Positions 48,612 to 61,769 of a stretch of DNA of 64,000 bases are shown here, one piece after another. The notes beneath the pieces are model-generated. The model was given only the letters and a program-made list of their open reading frames with translations, ran no database searches and had not been told where the DNA came from. Position 1 is the first letter of the stretch. Each line of letters starts with the position of its first letter. The translations under genes were made by a program, and so were the position numbers. The stretch lies in NCBI GenBank assembly GCA_047967505.1, contig CM106538.1; one strand, written 5' to 3'. This stretch comes from Dipteris shenzhenensis (lineage: Eukaryota).

Positions 48612-49021
48612 TGTATATAGTTCTGCATCAGAATATGTAGACATTGAGGATTGTGAGCCCTTCACATCAAATATTCATCAAGGAGCAACTTGCAGTTGTA
48701 GCACACTCTCCACCCACAACTGTATGGATCATTTTGCTCTATGACCTCGCATCATTGTAAGTCCATTACTTCTTGCAAGTCACCATCATACTTTGTGACT
48801 TACTCAATTGCACTTATTAACCTTGATGTAGACCTATCCATCATAGCATACTGAGAGTGCTCTCAAAGGAAGCAAGAATGAAAGAGGGAGAGAGAGAAAC
48901 AGAGAGCCACACAAGTTTTGGTGGGTGCAAAACACCCTAATCTTATTTTTAATTCATTTATATATGTGTTTGAGTATTATACATAACCAGGGTAAAGGCA
49001 CAGTGACCTTTAACCCCCACA
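48612..49021 (-). repeat. 3' LTR of an antisense Copia inserted in the chromodomain
   Basis: Minus strand: PPT AAGTGGGAGGT, then TGTGGGGG...TATACA ending where Gypsy coding stops. Confidence 0.75.
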
Positions 49022-49074
49022 ACCTCCCACTTAGAGGACAATGTGCCTTTAAGGGAGAACAACCAGTGAGCATA

Positions 49075-50108
49075 CTATCCAATGCCCATCAATACACGAC
49101 CATACTCAAACCACTGACTAGGTAGACTCTTCGTCAGCATATCAACAGGGTTATCATCTGTATGAACCTTGACAAGCTCTATGTGCTTGTCCTCAAGTAC
49201 CTCCCTGATGAAATGGTACCTGACCTCAATGTGTTTGGTCCTTGCATGAAAGAGCGGATTCCGTGCTAGCTGAATAGCACTCATGGAATCACTATGCAAT
49301 GTCGGTACACCTATATGAATCCACAAATCTCCCACTAGCCGATCAAGCCATATAGCCTCCTTGCAACCCTCTATGGCTGCAACATGCTCAGCCTCTGTGG
49401 TAGACAAAGCAATGCACTTCTGTGCACGAGACATCCACGACACTGCACCACCTACAAAGGTGAACACATAACCAGAAGTGGATCTCCTACTATCCACATG
49501 CCCTGCATAGTCTGAATCTGTGTAGCCAAGTACATGCATGTCACCTCTACCAAAGCAGATGCACATCTCCTTGGTACCCTTCATGTACCTCATGATGCAC
49601 TTAACTTCCTCCCAATGCCTCTTTCTTGGATTAGCCATATATCGGCTAACAATTCCCACTACTGCAAATGCAATGTTTGGTCTAGTAGCTATCATAGCAG
49701 ACATAAGACTCCCAACCGCTGATGCATAAGGAACCTTGGCCATCATGGCCCTCTCCTCATCTGATTTGGGACTATCTATATGACTCAGTTTCACATATGG
49801 ATGCAATGGAGTACTCATTGCCTTCCCTCCCTCCATATTGAAATGCTGCAATACTTTTGTAACATACTCCTTCTATGAAAGCCAAAGGAGTTTCCTACTC
49901 CAATCACACGTGATGCGCATACCAAGAATATGACCTGCAAGTCCCAAATCCTTCATATCAAAGGCCTCATGCAACTTGGCCTTTAATGCATCTAGCTCAT
50001 AAGTATTCTTGCTAGCCAATAGCATACCATCCACATATAATGCTAGGATTATCAAGATATTATCCTTAGCCCTTTTAGTGTAGAGGCAGTGATCAATTTT
50101 ACTCCTTC
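49075..50108 (-). pseudogene. Ty1/Copia (Tnt1/Tork-like) RT-RNase H 3' fragment
   Basis: DHCLY, LYVDGML, FDMKDLG, VPYASAVGSLM, GYTDSDYAG, ALSTTEAE, RTKHIEVRYHF. Confidence 0.93.
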
Positions 50109-50382
50109 TCCTATGATCTCCGTTCAATCCGGGATCATCTGGGGCTCCAAACGAGCCTCGCAACTCGAGAGTGGACTGCCTCAAAAAATGCTCCATCTAC
50201 CCTCAATGCGGTCAGTCATGGGATGCCTTCCCGCACTTGCATGTAGCCTATTGGCAGTGTGCCAACTCTATCTGAAGCCGTCCAACCATCAAGCCACACA
50301 TGGCCCCCATTCGGTGTCCAAACCAGGACCTACCAGATAACCGAGCTACTCAAATGCCTTCTCCTCATATGGGGGGCTTACA

Positions 50383-51436
50383 AGTAGAGTTAGCTGGTTC
50401 CTGTGTAGTTACACGAGAGTGGAGCATTGATATCTAACACCCCCCTCAATGTCCACCCACAAGTGAACTTACTTTTTTGGCCCAATGCCAAGTAGATGAA
50501 GATGCCTCTCCAGCAAGTCTCTTCCAAGAGCCTTTGTGAAGATGTTCGCAGCATTCTCTGTAGTCGGACAATACACCAAGTCGACCTCTCCATCCATGAT
50601 GAGCTCGCGTACAAAGTGATATTGAATCTCAATGTGTTTTGTGCGAGCGTGGAACACATGGTTCTTTGCAATTGCCATGCAACTCTGATTGTCACATGGT
50701 AACTGCGTAGGTTTGTTCTGCACTACACCCATGTCCCCTAAAATCCTCCTCAACCACACTGCCTCACAAGAAGCAAAACATGCTGATTTGTACTCAGCCT
50801 CAGTAGAAGAAAGAGCAACTCTGGGTTGCTTCTTGTTGACCCATGACACAGCTCCAGATCCAAGTGAGAAGCAGTAACCTGTCACTGATCTCTTGTTGTC
50901 CACATCTCCTGCCCATCCGATTCATAGAATCTGGTCAATATGTTGCCCTTGGTATAGGTGATGCCATAATCAAGTATGCCTTTGATGTATTTCAGCACCT
51001 ACATCCCTGCCCTCCAATGGTTCTCCTGGGGCTTATTGGAAAACCTGCTTAGTACACCAGTCGCAAGGCTGATGTCCGACCGTGTGATGCACAAGTAAAT
51101 CAAACTGCCCACAAGACTTCAGTACTCTGCTTCGTCCACCAATGGTGATGAATCCTCGTTTGAGAGCTTCACGTTAACCTCCATAGGGGTGCCAACTGTC
51201 TTGCACTCAGCCATGCCAAATGCCTTCAGTATCTCTCTAGAATACTTCAACTGAGAGATGAAGATATATTTTGGCTCTTTCCAAACTTCAATCCCCAAAC
51301 AGTAATGCATTATCCGAGGTCTATCATTTCAAACTCTCTTCCTAGCAACTGCTTTGTCTGCAAGATCTTTTCTTCATGGTTCCCTGTTATGACAAGGTCG
51401 TCCACATAAAGGACCACGATCATACACCTACCTCCT
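50383..51436 (-). pseudogene. Second Copia RT-RNase H 3' fragment with PPT and the start of its 3' LTR (50439 downwards)
   Basis: LYVDDLVITG, HYCLGIEV, VALSSTEAEY, ARTKHIEIQYHF. PPT GAGGGGGG is followed by TGTTAGATATC. Confidence 0.9.
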
Positions 51437-52552
51437 TGTTGACTCTGTGCCAGCATGAACTTATGAAGAAAGAGAAGGTGTTACAACTTTGTGTTACAAC
51501 TTCTAGACACAACTTTATGTTACGACTTTGTGTAACAACTTTGTGTTGCAAGTTTGTGTTACAAGTTTATGTTACGACTTTGTGTAACAACTTTGTGTAA
51601 CAACTTTGTGTTACATCTTCTACATGAAGAGAGAGAATGTGTTACGACTTTGTGACACAACTTTGTGTTACAACTTTGTGATACGACTTTGTGTTACATG
51701 CAGAGAGGGAAGCTCTCCAACTTGTATAAATACCCCATAATGGAATGAAGCCCACACTCTTGGGGCATTGTGTTGAGTCTACATTGGTATTCCAAGCATT
51801 TGTCTCAAGTGTCCATGCTTCCTTGCACTGCACGTCCAAAAGCATGTCCTAACCTTGCAACCCTTCTCCCCTCTCCTCCAACCCTGCAACCCATCCTCTC
51901 CCTCTCCTCCTCCCTTCTCCCTCCTCCTCCTCCTCCTCCTCCTCCCTCCTCCTCCCTCCTCCTCCTCCTCCTCCTCCTCCCTCCTCCTCCTCCTCCTCTC
52001 TCCTCCCTCTCCCTCCTCCTCTTCCCTCCTCCTCCTTCCTCCTCTCTCTCTTACTTCACCCATGCTCTTACACCTTCTTCCTCTCCCACTCCTATGCTTT
52101 CCTAAACCCTTAAACTCAATGATCTACGAGGGAGACGAGTTCTCCACCATGTACTCTACTCTGAACCTTGGATCCTCCTCCTAACCCTGAACTCCTTCTA
52201 AACCTTGGAACCTCCTTCTGAACCTTGGAACTCTTTCTAACCCTGAACTCTTTCTAAACCCTGGAACCTCCTTCTGAACCCTTAAACTCCTCCTAAACCC
52301 TACAACCCCCAATGAAGGCGAAAGCCTTCATTACCCCAACAACAATGGTTTACGTGCCTTTTACACATGCTTGCATTATGTTTACTCACCACACTTAAGC
52401 CTACGTCTCTCACCGGAACACGACTCGAGGTCCTAAGCTACATATATACTACAACGACAATTCCAATATATCTGTAGGTGACAAAAAGCCTCGGAACCCT
52501 GCAACATAGAATACCCAGCTCTTCCTACGAAAGCGGTAGGAAAGAGCCAACA
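51437..52552 (+). repeat. 5' LTR of copy 2 (shorter 13 bp repeat array)
   Basis: TGTTGACTCT...GAGCCAACA, with PBS TGGCACCGTTGCCGGGGA at 52555-52572. Confidence 0.95.
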
Positions 52553-55479
52553 TTTGGCACCGTTGCCGGGGAGACTAGCGTCTCAAGTAGCAAGTAAACA
52601 TGCGTAGGTAGGTGTAAAAGCCACATGATGTACAATTAGGCTAGGTAGTGGACACGGTTGCGTAGAGCTTTCAATTACGATCATTTTACCTTTTTACAGA
52701 AAGGCAAACCGAGCTCTCCATAAAGAGTTATGGCTCGGGAAGAGTTTAGGGTTAAACCCTAAACCTAAACCCTAAACCTAAAATCCAAACCTATAAAAAC
52801 CTACTCCACCCCCCCCTCATTCTTCATCTCACACTTTTTGCCTCCATTCTCTTCCTCCTTCCGAGCCCCACGCAAGACACTCCTCCCTCTCCATCGACCG
52901 CCCCCTTACTCCTATCCTCGCCATGTAAGTGACATCGAACCCTTCTCGCAGCAATGACCTAGCCTTCCACCCACCGTCCATTGTTCCGCGACAATCCCGT
53001 TCCATCGAGAAAGACTTGGAAAGCGTCAGGTAACTACTTCGCCTTGCTTTTCAATTTCCGTCTTTCAGTTTTTTTGTTGTTCTTTTACCCCTCCCCCTCC
53101 ACCACCACCTCCCTCTCCACCACCACCTCCCCCTCTCCACCACCTCCCCTCTCCCCCTCCCCCTTCATCTTCCCCCTCCCCCTCTCCCCCTCCCCCTCTC
53201 CACCACCACCTCCCCCCTCCCCCTCACCTCCCCCTCTCCCCCTCCCCCCTCCACTACCACCTTCCCCTCACCTCCCCCTCTCCCCCTCCCCCTACCACCT
53301 CCCCTCTCCCCCTCCACTACCACCTCCCCTCTCCCCCTCCCCCTCTCCCCCTCCCCCTACCACCTCCCCTCTCCCCCTCCACTACCACCTCCCCTCCTTC
53401 CCCCCCCCTTCATCCCCACCTCCCCCTCACCTCCCCCTCTCCCCCTCCCCCTACCACCTCCCCTCTCCCCCTCCACTACCACCTCCCCTCCTTTCCCCCC
53501 CCTTCATCCCCACCTCCCCCTCACCTCCCCCTCTCCCCCTCCCCCTCCACTACCACCTTCCCCTCACCTCCCCCTCTCCCCCTCCCCCTACCACCTCCCC
53601 TCTCCCCCTCCACTACCACCTCCCCTCCTTCCCCCCCCCTTCATCCCCACCTCCCCCTCACCTCCCCCTCTCCCCCTCCCCCTCCACTACCACCTCCCTC
53701 TCTCCCCCTCCCCCTCCACCACCACCTCCCCCCTCCCCCTCCCCCTCTCCCACCACCTCCCCCCTCCCCCTCTCCCCCTCCCCCTCCACCACCCCTTCCC
53801 CCCTCCCCCTCCGCCCTCTCTCTCCCACTCTCTCCTCTCTCCCCCTCATTCTCTTCCCCTTTTCCCCTCTCTCTCTCTCTTCTCTCTCTCCCCTCTCTCC
53901 TCTCTCCCCTCTCTCTCCCACCCCCTCTCTCACACCCTCTCTCCTCTCTCTCCCTTACCCCCATCGCCCCCCCATCCCCCTCTCTCCCCCTCCCCTTTAC
54001 CCCCTCGCCCCCCACCCCCCTCCCTCCCCTTTACCCCCTCGCCCCCCACACCCCTCTCTCCCCCTTACCCCCATCGCCCCCCCATCCCCCTTACCTCCCT
54101 CCCGCGGCGGCGCTCCGCAGAGCCGCCGCCGCCCCGCCCCTATCACGCTCCCCCGCCCGCGCCTACCCTGCCCCTATAACACCCCCCGCCCGCGCCTACC
54201 CCGCCCGCGGCGCCGCCGCCCCGCGCCCCACGCGCGCAGCCCGCGCCGCCCACCGCCCCGCCCGCGCCGTCCACCGGCCCGCGGCGCGGTGCCACCCCCG
54301 CGCGCCCGCACTCACCCCGCCCCCTCTCCTCTCTCAACCCCCGCGGCGGCACACGCAGCACCGCCGCCCCGCGCCCCTCCAACCCTCGCCACCCCGCCCT
54401 ACCCTGCGCTGCCCCTACGCGCCCCACCCTACCCCCCCCGCTACCCCTACGCACCCCACCCTACCCCCCCTGCTACCCCGACACCCCCGCCCGCCCCCGC
54501 GCTCCCCCCGCCACCCCCTCGCACCCCCCTCACACCCCCTGCGCGACCCCCTCCCCCACCCCCTGCGCTCTCCCCTTCGCCCCCCCCTCACACCCCCTGC
54601 GCGACCCCCTCCCCCTCCCCCTGCGCTCTCCCCTCCACACCCCCCTCACACCCCCTGCGCGACTCCCTCCCCCTCCCCCGCCACCCCCCTCGCGCCCCCC
54701 TCACACCCCCCCCGCGCGCCAGCCCCCCTCAGCAGCGCCGCCGTCGGGCAGCCCCCCTCAGCACCTCCAAAAAAAAAAAAAAGTAAACCTAACCTAAACC
54801 TACCACTAGGGTTAGTTTAACCTTAGTTCGGTTAACATTAACTAGAGTTAGGTTAGGTTAGGGTAGGTTAGTTAACCCAAAGCTCGTTAGTTAACCTCAG
54901 TGTTAGGTTAGTTCACCCTCAGGTAGGTTAGACTAACTCTTCAGTTAGTACCTAACTACAGTTAGTTAACCTCCCAGTTATAGTAACTGGGAGGACCTCA
55001 GTTAGTTAGTCTAACTAGAGTCACTTGGTTTCAACCCCTCGGTTGGACTTAAAGTCCCTTCACACCACCATTAGGACCTCCCCAAACGCCAAATTTACCC
55101 CTCCTTTAACCCCTCGAAACTCATCCGTTTGGGACCCAAATTGAACCCCGTTTGAACCCAGATTTCACACACGGAAACACCACGTTACGGGGTATTTTTC
55201 CAACCCATTGCACACCATTTCGGCATCCCTAGCACACGTTAGTTCGCGCCCCCTTGTGGGCCTCATTTTGCATTAATTCACTCATATTTTCACGCCGCGA
55301 CCTCCGATTAACGATCCGTCTGCACCGGCACATTTCCCTACACACGTAGGACAATCCTAGGCACATTATTAACACGACGGTCCCTACACATACTAACATC
55401 ACTCTAACTCTCCTAACGACACCACCTCCACGCCCGCCCTTGGGGTAGCGATCCCCTTAGCCAATCACGCACCATCTGC

Positions 55480-55684
55480 ATGCAGTTACGTTCCGGCCAA
55501 CGACTTCGACTCCAACGCTCGCCCAATCCGCAACTTACTCCACTGCAACAACCGCCCCCGCCAATCCTCTACCCCGAATCCCCCCTGAGGTTCAACAACT
55601 TCCTTTAACTCCTCTACGCCCCAACATGGCTGGACGCCGTCCTGAGCATGATGGGGACATCGAGCTCGATGCCGAGGCTAACAA
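55480..55684 (+). pseudogene. gag: Truncated gag 5' end
   Basis: Matches 18897-~19102, then homology stops. Confidence 0.88.
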
Positions 55685-56071
55685 AAGACCCTTTCTAGCT
55701 TCTTTAGACCATATCTTTTCTTGAGGTATTATATACGCTATACAATGCCTAGAAATGTCATCTTGTTATTTGCAGCATATGCTACACAATGCCTAAAAAT
55801 GCCTAGAAATGGCATCTTGTTGTTTGCGGCATCTAGTGGTGGATTAGTTATTAGAAGGACAATGCTAAAACCTCCCCAAGTTGTCATGGATGTGGTTGTA
55901 CATAGGTGTTAGCATGGCATTGGAGCATAGGTCCTAAATGCAGTTATATTATAGTCATACATGCAGTGATGCAATAAGCTATGTGCATATATAATTTATA
56001 TTATTTTCATGTATTAGATGTTGATTTTATGATGAAGAGATGTAGAAGACGGGAAGATGTGGCTACTCGAT

Positions 56072-58775
56072 TTCAAGAAGATGAAATCAAACTCAAAGAC
56101 CTCCTAATGGAATACCGTGACTGCCTAGCATGGTCATACAAAGAGATGAAAGGAATTTCACCAGAAGTGGCAGTTCACACGATCCCTATAAGGGAAGGTG
56201 CTCGCCCTAAGGTATGTGGACCTTATCGCACAAATCCTAAATATGGCACCATGGTTTATGATGAGCTGGAAAAACTCCTAGATGCCGGATTCATCTACGA
56301 GATAGAGCACACTGATTGGGTTTCACCCATTGTCATTGTACCTAAACGCAACAAGAAGCTCAGAATATGCGTAAACTTGAAAAATGTGAATGCCGCCACA
56401 ATTAGGGATCACTACCCCCTACCCTTAACAGAAACACTGTTGGAAAAGGTGGCAGGATCCGAAATATATAGCTTCTTGGATGGATTCAGTGGCTATAACC
56501 AAGTACAAATTGCTCCTCAAGACCAATCAAAAACAGCATTTGCTACAGAATGGGGTATTTTTGCATATAGAGTCATGCCATTCGGCCTTTGTAATGCCCC
56601 AGCCACATTCCAGCGAGTCATGTTCACAGCTTTCAAGTCATTTTTGAATAAGTTTTTACAGGTCTTCTTGGATGATTTGTGCATCCATTCAACCAAACAG
56701 GACCACTTCAAATGTCTGGAAGAAGTACTAATCAAATGCAGGGAGTATGGCATCTCCCTAAATCCAACAAAATGCCAGTTCATGGTCACCCACGGAGTTG
56801 TTTTGGGACACATCGTCTCTCAACATGGGATTGCAACTGACATGGACAAAATCAAAATCATCATGGAATTGCCTCCTCCTACAAATTCCAAAGGTGTACA
56901 GGTCTTTATGGGACATGCCGGCTATTATAGAAGATTTATATTGCGGTATGCCATGATAGCTAGACCACTTTACAAGTTATTAGTGGAGTTCTTATGGACC
57001 GAAGAGTGCGACCAAGCCTTTGAGCTTTTAAAGTGGCGCCTAATCACAGCACCCATCCTTCTATCTCCCAATTGGGATATTGATTTTCATGTTCATACTG
57101 ATGGATCCAAGTATGCAATTGGGAGTGTGCTTTGTCAACCTGGTGAACATAAGAAAGACTACCCCGTCTACTTCGCCAGTCGACAACTCAATGATGCAGA
57201 GATCAACTATACAACCACAGAAAGAGAAGCCCTCGCAATGGTGTACAGTGTAAAGAAATTTCGGCACTATCTACTCGCAAATGATTTTGTCTTCTACACC
57301 GACCATCAAGCATTGCTTTATCTTGTGAACCGTCCGTGTACCACTGGAAGAATAACCAGATGGCTCCTCTTGCTACAAGAATTCAACTTCAAAATTGTGG
57401 TCCGCAAAGGTGCCCAACGCTACATTGCCGATCACATGTCTCGAGTCAAGACAGGAGAAGAAGCCACTAGAATAGAAGATGACTTACCAGATGCCACACT
57501 ATTTCAAATAGATGCTGTTCCAGAATGGTGTGGAGATATCATTGGGTACTTGATGGCAGGAAGACCACCCCTTGACATGAAAGCAGTAGATGCCAGAAAA
57601 TTGATTCTAAAGGCTGCACCATATCAACTCATTGCAGGACAACTATACAAGATGGGCAAGGACCAGATATTAAGAAGATGTGTAATGCCTCATGAGATCC
57701 TGCCAATCCTGAGTGAAGTCCATGAAGGCATTGCAGGAGGACACTTCCAAGGGGAAGCCACAGCAAGAAAAGTTCTCCTCGCAGGCTACTGGTGGCCAAC
57801 ACTGTGGGCAGATGCCTATGAATATGTAAAAGGCTGTGATGTATGCCAACGAACTATTAAACCACAACACAAAGACTTCAATCCACTAACAACAGTTGTT
57901 GCACAACAGCCATTTGAAAAATGGGAGATTGATTATGTGGGTCCCATACATCCAGCAGCAAAAGGAACACAGGCACGCTACATCATTGTGGCCACTGATT
58001 ACTTTACAAAATGGGCTGAAGCTAAGGTAGTCAGAAAGGCAGATGCCAAAAGCACAGCAAGATTCTTGTACGAACATGTGATCACCCGATTCGGATGCCC
58101 CCTTGAAATTGTGTCGGATAGAGGCACACATTTTGTCAATGAGGTAATCCAAGAACTCTTGTCTGGCTTCATGGTCATTCATAGAAAAAGCACACCCTAC
58201 TACCCCCAAGGGAATGGACTAGCAGAATCCACAAATAAAATCATATGCAATGTCCTCACCAAGGTAGTAGAACCACAGCGTTCTGATTGGGCAGAGAAAC
58301 TGAATGCAGCCTTATGGGCATATAGAACCACATTCAAGGTCAGTACAGGGAACACACCTTTTCAATTGGTGTACAGCCTTGAAGCCGTGGTTCCACTCGA
58401 ATTTGTAATACCAAGCCTGCACATCGTAATACAGGAACGCATGGGTGATCATGAGTCCTTGAAAGAAAGGCTCTGTCAGTTGGAAAAGCATACAGAGACA
58501 AGACTAGTCACTTATCATGCCATGACAACAGAAAAACGTCGAAGAAAGGCATGGTTTGACAGGAATCTGAAAGCTAAAGACATCAAGGAAGGCGACTTAG
58601 TCCTGTTATACAATGCCAAAGTACACAAGGTAAAACTGAAGTATCTAGGTCAAGGACCCTACTGAGTACGAAAGATGAATCCCATTGGAGCTGTGCTACT
58701 TGAAACACTCGATGGAGTCCAATTCAACACAACAATAAACGGGAGCCGACTGAAGTGCTACTACATCAACACGCG
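56072..58775 (+). pseudogene. pol: Pol RT-RH-INT of copy 2, 5'-truncated, premature TGA at 58663-58665
   Basis: Near-identical to 22541-25244, with CGA>TGA after GPY. Confidence 0.93.
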
Positions 58776-59081
58776 AGCCATCCCCGACAAAAACGAAGAT
58801 TTGGGAAACCAAGTCTTCCTTAGTTAGGATTAGATTGTATCACGAGCACTCACTTGCATATGTACGTCTTCGCACATATAGGTAGCCTCAATCGATTTTA
58901 CCTAGAGCTCAGGATTGGTGAATGAGTTCTAGCTGCCCTATGAAAATCCCAGCAAAAAAAGCATATAGTTAGTCCCTACTTAGCTACTAGGTCACGTGCA
59001 CTCACACGCTTTCGCTTAGACACATAGATGATTGCATGAATAATTGTACAACACACTTTCATTCCACACTCTCAAAAGATG

Positions 59082-59115
<34 letters not shown>

Positions 59116-59172
59116 TCTCTCCCACACACACACAGAAAGGTCATACAGGCATGCCAATCAATGTAATGATCA

Positions 59173-60660
59173 ATGGTACACTACATGTACATGGATGCAG
59201 GTTCAGAAAAGATGCCGCCACTAAAGAGGATGCGCAGAAAGAGCCCACCGCCTCAACCACGGGACCCCCTCCAGAGTTCGCAGCCATCTACATCCTCTCA
59301 ACCACGGAGACCACAGGCGTTCGTGGTCCAAAGCGATAGCTCCGAAGAAGATTCAGTGCATGTCCAAGCAGAACAAATGCCACCCCAGTCACAGCCAGCC
59401 TGCACAACTGTTAACAAGGCCCAATCATTGGAACTTGTCTGGCCACCCACCTCGACTTATGCTCTTTCCCAGGAAGCAACATCTTACTTAGAGCAACGGG
59501 GTCTAGGCAATTTGCATGAGAGCCTCAAATCCTTGGAGGATAGTCCTATCATGACCACCTACATCAAGGACTTTCTCCACTCTTACTACTCCAGCAATGC
59601 AACGGATGGCAAGTACGGTACAATCACTGTACAGCAGAGCCCACTGAACATTATCCTCGACAGTACAGTCATTCAAAGGGCTTTCTCTCTACCAAGGCAA
59701 GGTGGCGAATACCCTAAAAGGTCTGCGGATTCAAAGTTTATCGAAGTACAGTCTCTCCTCACTAAGGGTACCCTGATCCATAGAGATGGCATCTTGCTTC
59801 GCACAATCCTTGACCCTCACCTCAAGGAAGCAGCACAATTTCTATCCACCATCCTGGGAATAAAGAACGGCAAGGAACGCTCCCTTCCACTCCGCACATT
59901 TGTTTTGCTGAGTAGGAAGCTCAAACAAGACTGGGTCCAACACTTTGTCATTTTCTTTACCAAAAAACTCGATGGTTCTTCAAGCCAGAAATGTAAAATT
60001 CCGCACTTATTGGCTATCATCATCAAAAAAGAACTACAACAAAGAGAAATGACTCTGCCCCAGTCTCCAAAGCCAATTGAGGAGTTGGACATACCCTTCT
60101 CACCAGTATGGGAGCCATCATCAACTGCTCCAGCTATCACATTGATAAGTACAGATGCCTTAACAGAAGTACCTATTCTGGTAAGCAGGATTGCAGAATT
60201 GCCCCAGGAAATGCTTCAGCTCGGTGCACAACTGCAACCACTAAGTCTCCCCCAACAGCACCAACCCGAGCTCGAGACAAGGTTGGCACCTGAACCTGAG
60301 GAACGATCAGCACCAGAGCTTGCGACCACATCAGCACTCGAACCACCCATTGACGCCATGCCAGTCGATGAGCCCCAAGGAGAGCTCGTGCCAGATCAGC
60401 AGTATGACTATTGTCCACAAGGGAGTGAAATGCCATTGGATCAACCTCCCCCAAGTACTACAGAAACCTCGGGATGGCTACATGGGCACCACTTGTATCA
60501 GCAATATCGCCAGACCTCATCACCATCTGTCATTCTCCAGCATCAAGCTAGCCAAATGATCCAAATGTCAGAACTCTTCACTAGCTTGGCTAAGGAAGCA
60601 TATGCAAGAGAATTGGAAAGGCAGACAGCATCAGAACATCAGTTGTCTTCATCGCTTTAG
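59173..60660 (+). CDS. Extra 3' ORF of the Athila-like element (putative plant transposon protein / env-position ORF)
   Basis: 495 aa sense ORF after pol. YIKDFLHSY..ITV..IILD...IQRAFSLP..DWV..IPHLLAII pattern resembles accessory ORFs of plant LTR elements, followed by a P/E-rich tail. Confidence 0.65.
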   Translation: MVHYMYMDAGSEKMPPLKRMRRKSPPPQPRDPLQSSQPSTSSQPRRPQAFVVQSDSSEEDSVHVQAEQMPPQSQPACTTVNKAQSLELVWPPTSTYALSQEATSYLEQRGLGNLHESLKSLEDSPIMTTYIKDFLHSYYSSNATDGKYGTITVQQSPLNIILDSTVIQRAFSLPRQGGEYPKRSADSKFIEVQSLLTKGTLIHRDGILLRTILDPHLKEAAQFLSTILGIKNGKERSLPLRTFVLLSRKLKQDWVQHFVIFFTKKLDGSSSQKCKIPHLLAIIIKKELQQREMTLPQSPKPIEELDIPFSPVWEPSSTAPAITLISTDALTEVPILVSRIAELPQEMLQLGAQLQPLSLPQQHQPELETRLAPEPEERSAPELATTSALEPPIDAMPVDEPQGELVPDQQYDYCPQGSEMPLDQPPPSTTETSGWLHGHHLYQQYRQTSSPSVILQHQASQMIQMSELFTSLAKEAYARELERQTASEHQLSSSL

Positions 60661-60909
60661 CCAGATGAATCATGTCATGATCTTATCGATATTTTTGACA
60701 CGATCGATATTTTTGACTGATAGCACATTAGACTTTGAAATCCTAGGTTAGATTGTTAATTCACTTGAACAAACTATTCACCACCTTGGTAGGTGAACGC
60801 CATGGAGGTGATTAGGTTCGGGAATGAATTTGACGAAATTAGGTTAGGGAGCTTTTTCTTTATTGTAGAGAGAGTAATCTAATTGAATAAACACACTTGT
60901 AAATCTATG

Positions 60910-61320
60910 TTTTTTTAAAAATAAAATAAAAGAAAATCTGACTTGCATTGCAAATTAGGGAGGGGGAACTCCCAAACAAAAACCCCTCCAACTATATGGG
61001 TCATCACCCGTGGCCTATGCTAAGTATAGCAAGAAGCAACTAAAGTACTAGCTAAACTAGTAAGTGCCTTGCAATCTCCTGCAGTGTGACTGAGCCACCA
61101 ATGTATCTTTTCTACCTACGATACTAGCAAAATACAACAGAGAACTTTTACAACAACTCAATAGAGAAGAGTATGTGAAACCTTGTGAAAACTTCCCAAA
61201 GCATATCCTATTTTGAACTGACCACACCACCTTGATTACTACAGCTCTGATGTACTGCCAACATGCCACAAGAGTGGATGGTAGGCCTGACGTATCGCCC
61301 AAGACTAGTTGGGGCCTAGT
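60910..61320 (-). mobile_element. L1-type LINE 3' end fragment
   Basis: WQYIRAVVIKVVWSVQNRICF resembles the L1 ORF2 C-terminus, with a short poly(A) on the minus strand at ~60910. Confidence 0.6.
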
Positions 61321-61769
61321 TTAAAGCTCGACATCAGGTGAGATTTCCTTATGGCCCGCTCTACCTTATAAGTCTATGTTGGCTACAGTTTGCTTATGTT
61401 TTCACTATTGTTGCAAGTGTGCTGATTGTCAAGGGATTTTCACCCTTACAGGTGCGCTACTTCCTAGCCATGTAGTCTTTTAGATGCTTTCTTTTGTGTT
61501 TTGCCGTGCTAGAATTTGCTCATATAGCCTCAAAAATTAGACTTCCCCACCACAAACTAAGCTAGGAGCACATTCCCACCTACCTCAATGGATGATCACA
61601 ATTTTCACTCTCATCATTATTTAACTCCAAAAAATAGGAGGTCTAGTTAAAACTGAGCATGAACCGACTTGCACTTTTATAGCTTCTCTTATATTCCTTA
61701 AGGCGGGGTTTACCAGATCAGCCGACTGGAGGCTTGGGGCAGCATTCTAAGGTTCGAGGGAGAAGGAGG

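Larger units (their letters stand above)
51437..60672 (+). mobile_element. Athila-like copy 2: internally deleted, extra 3' ORF, no 3' LTR in window
   Basis: Same LTR, PBS, leader and pol as copy 1, inserted next to the Copia YVDD region. Confidence 0.92.

Noticed and set aside
55981-56071. Genuine N-terminus of an 894 aa Pol
   Set aside because: Derived from filler DNA that is not homologous to copy 1.
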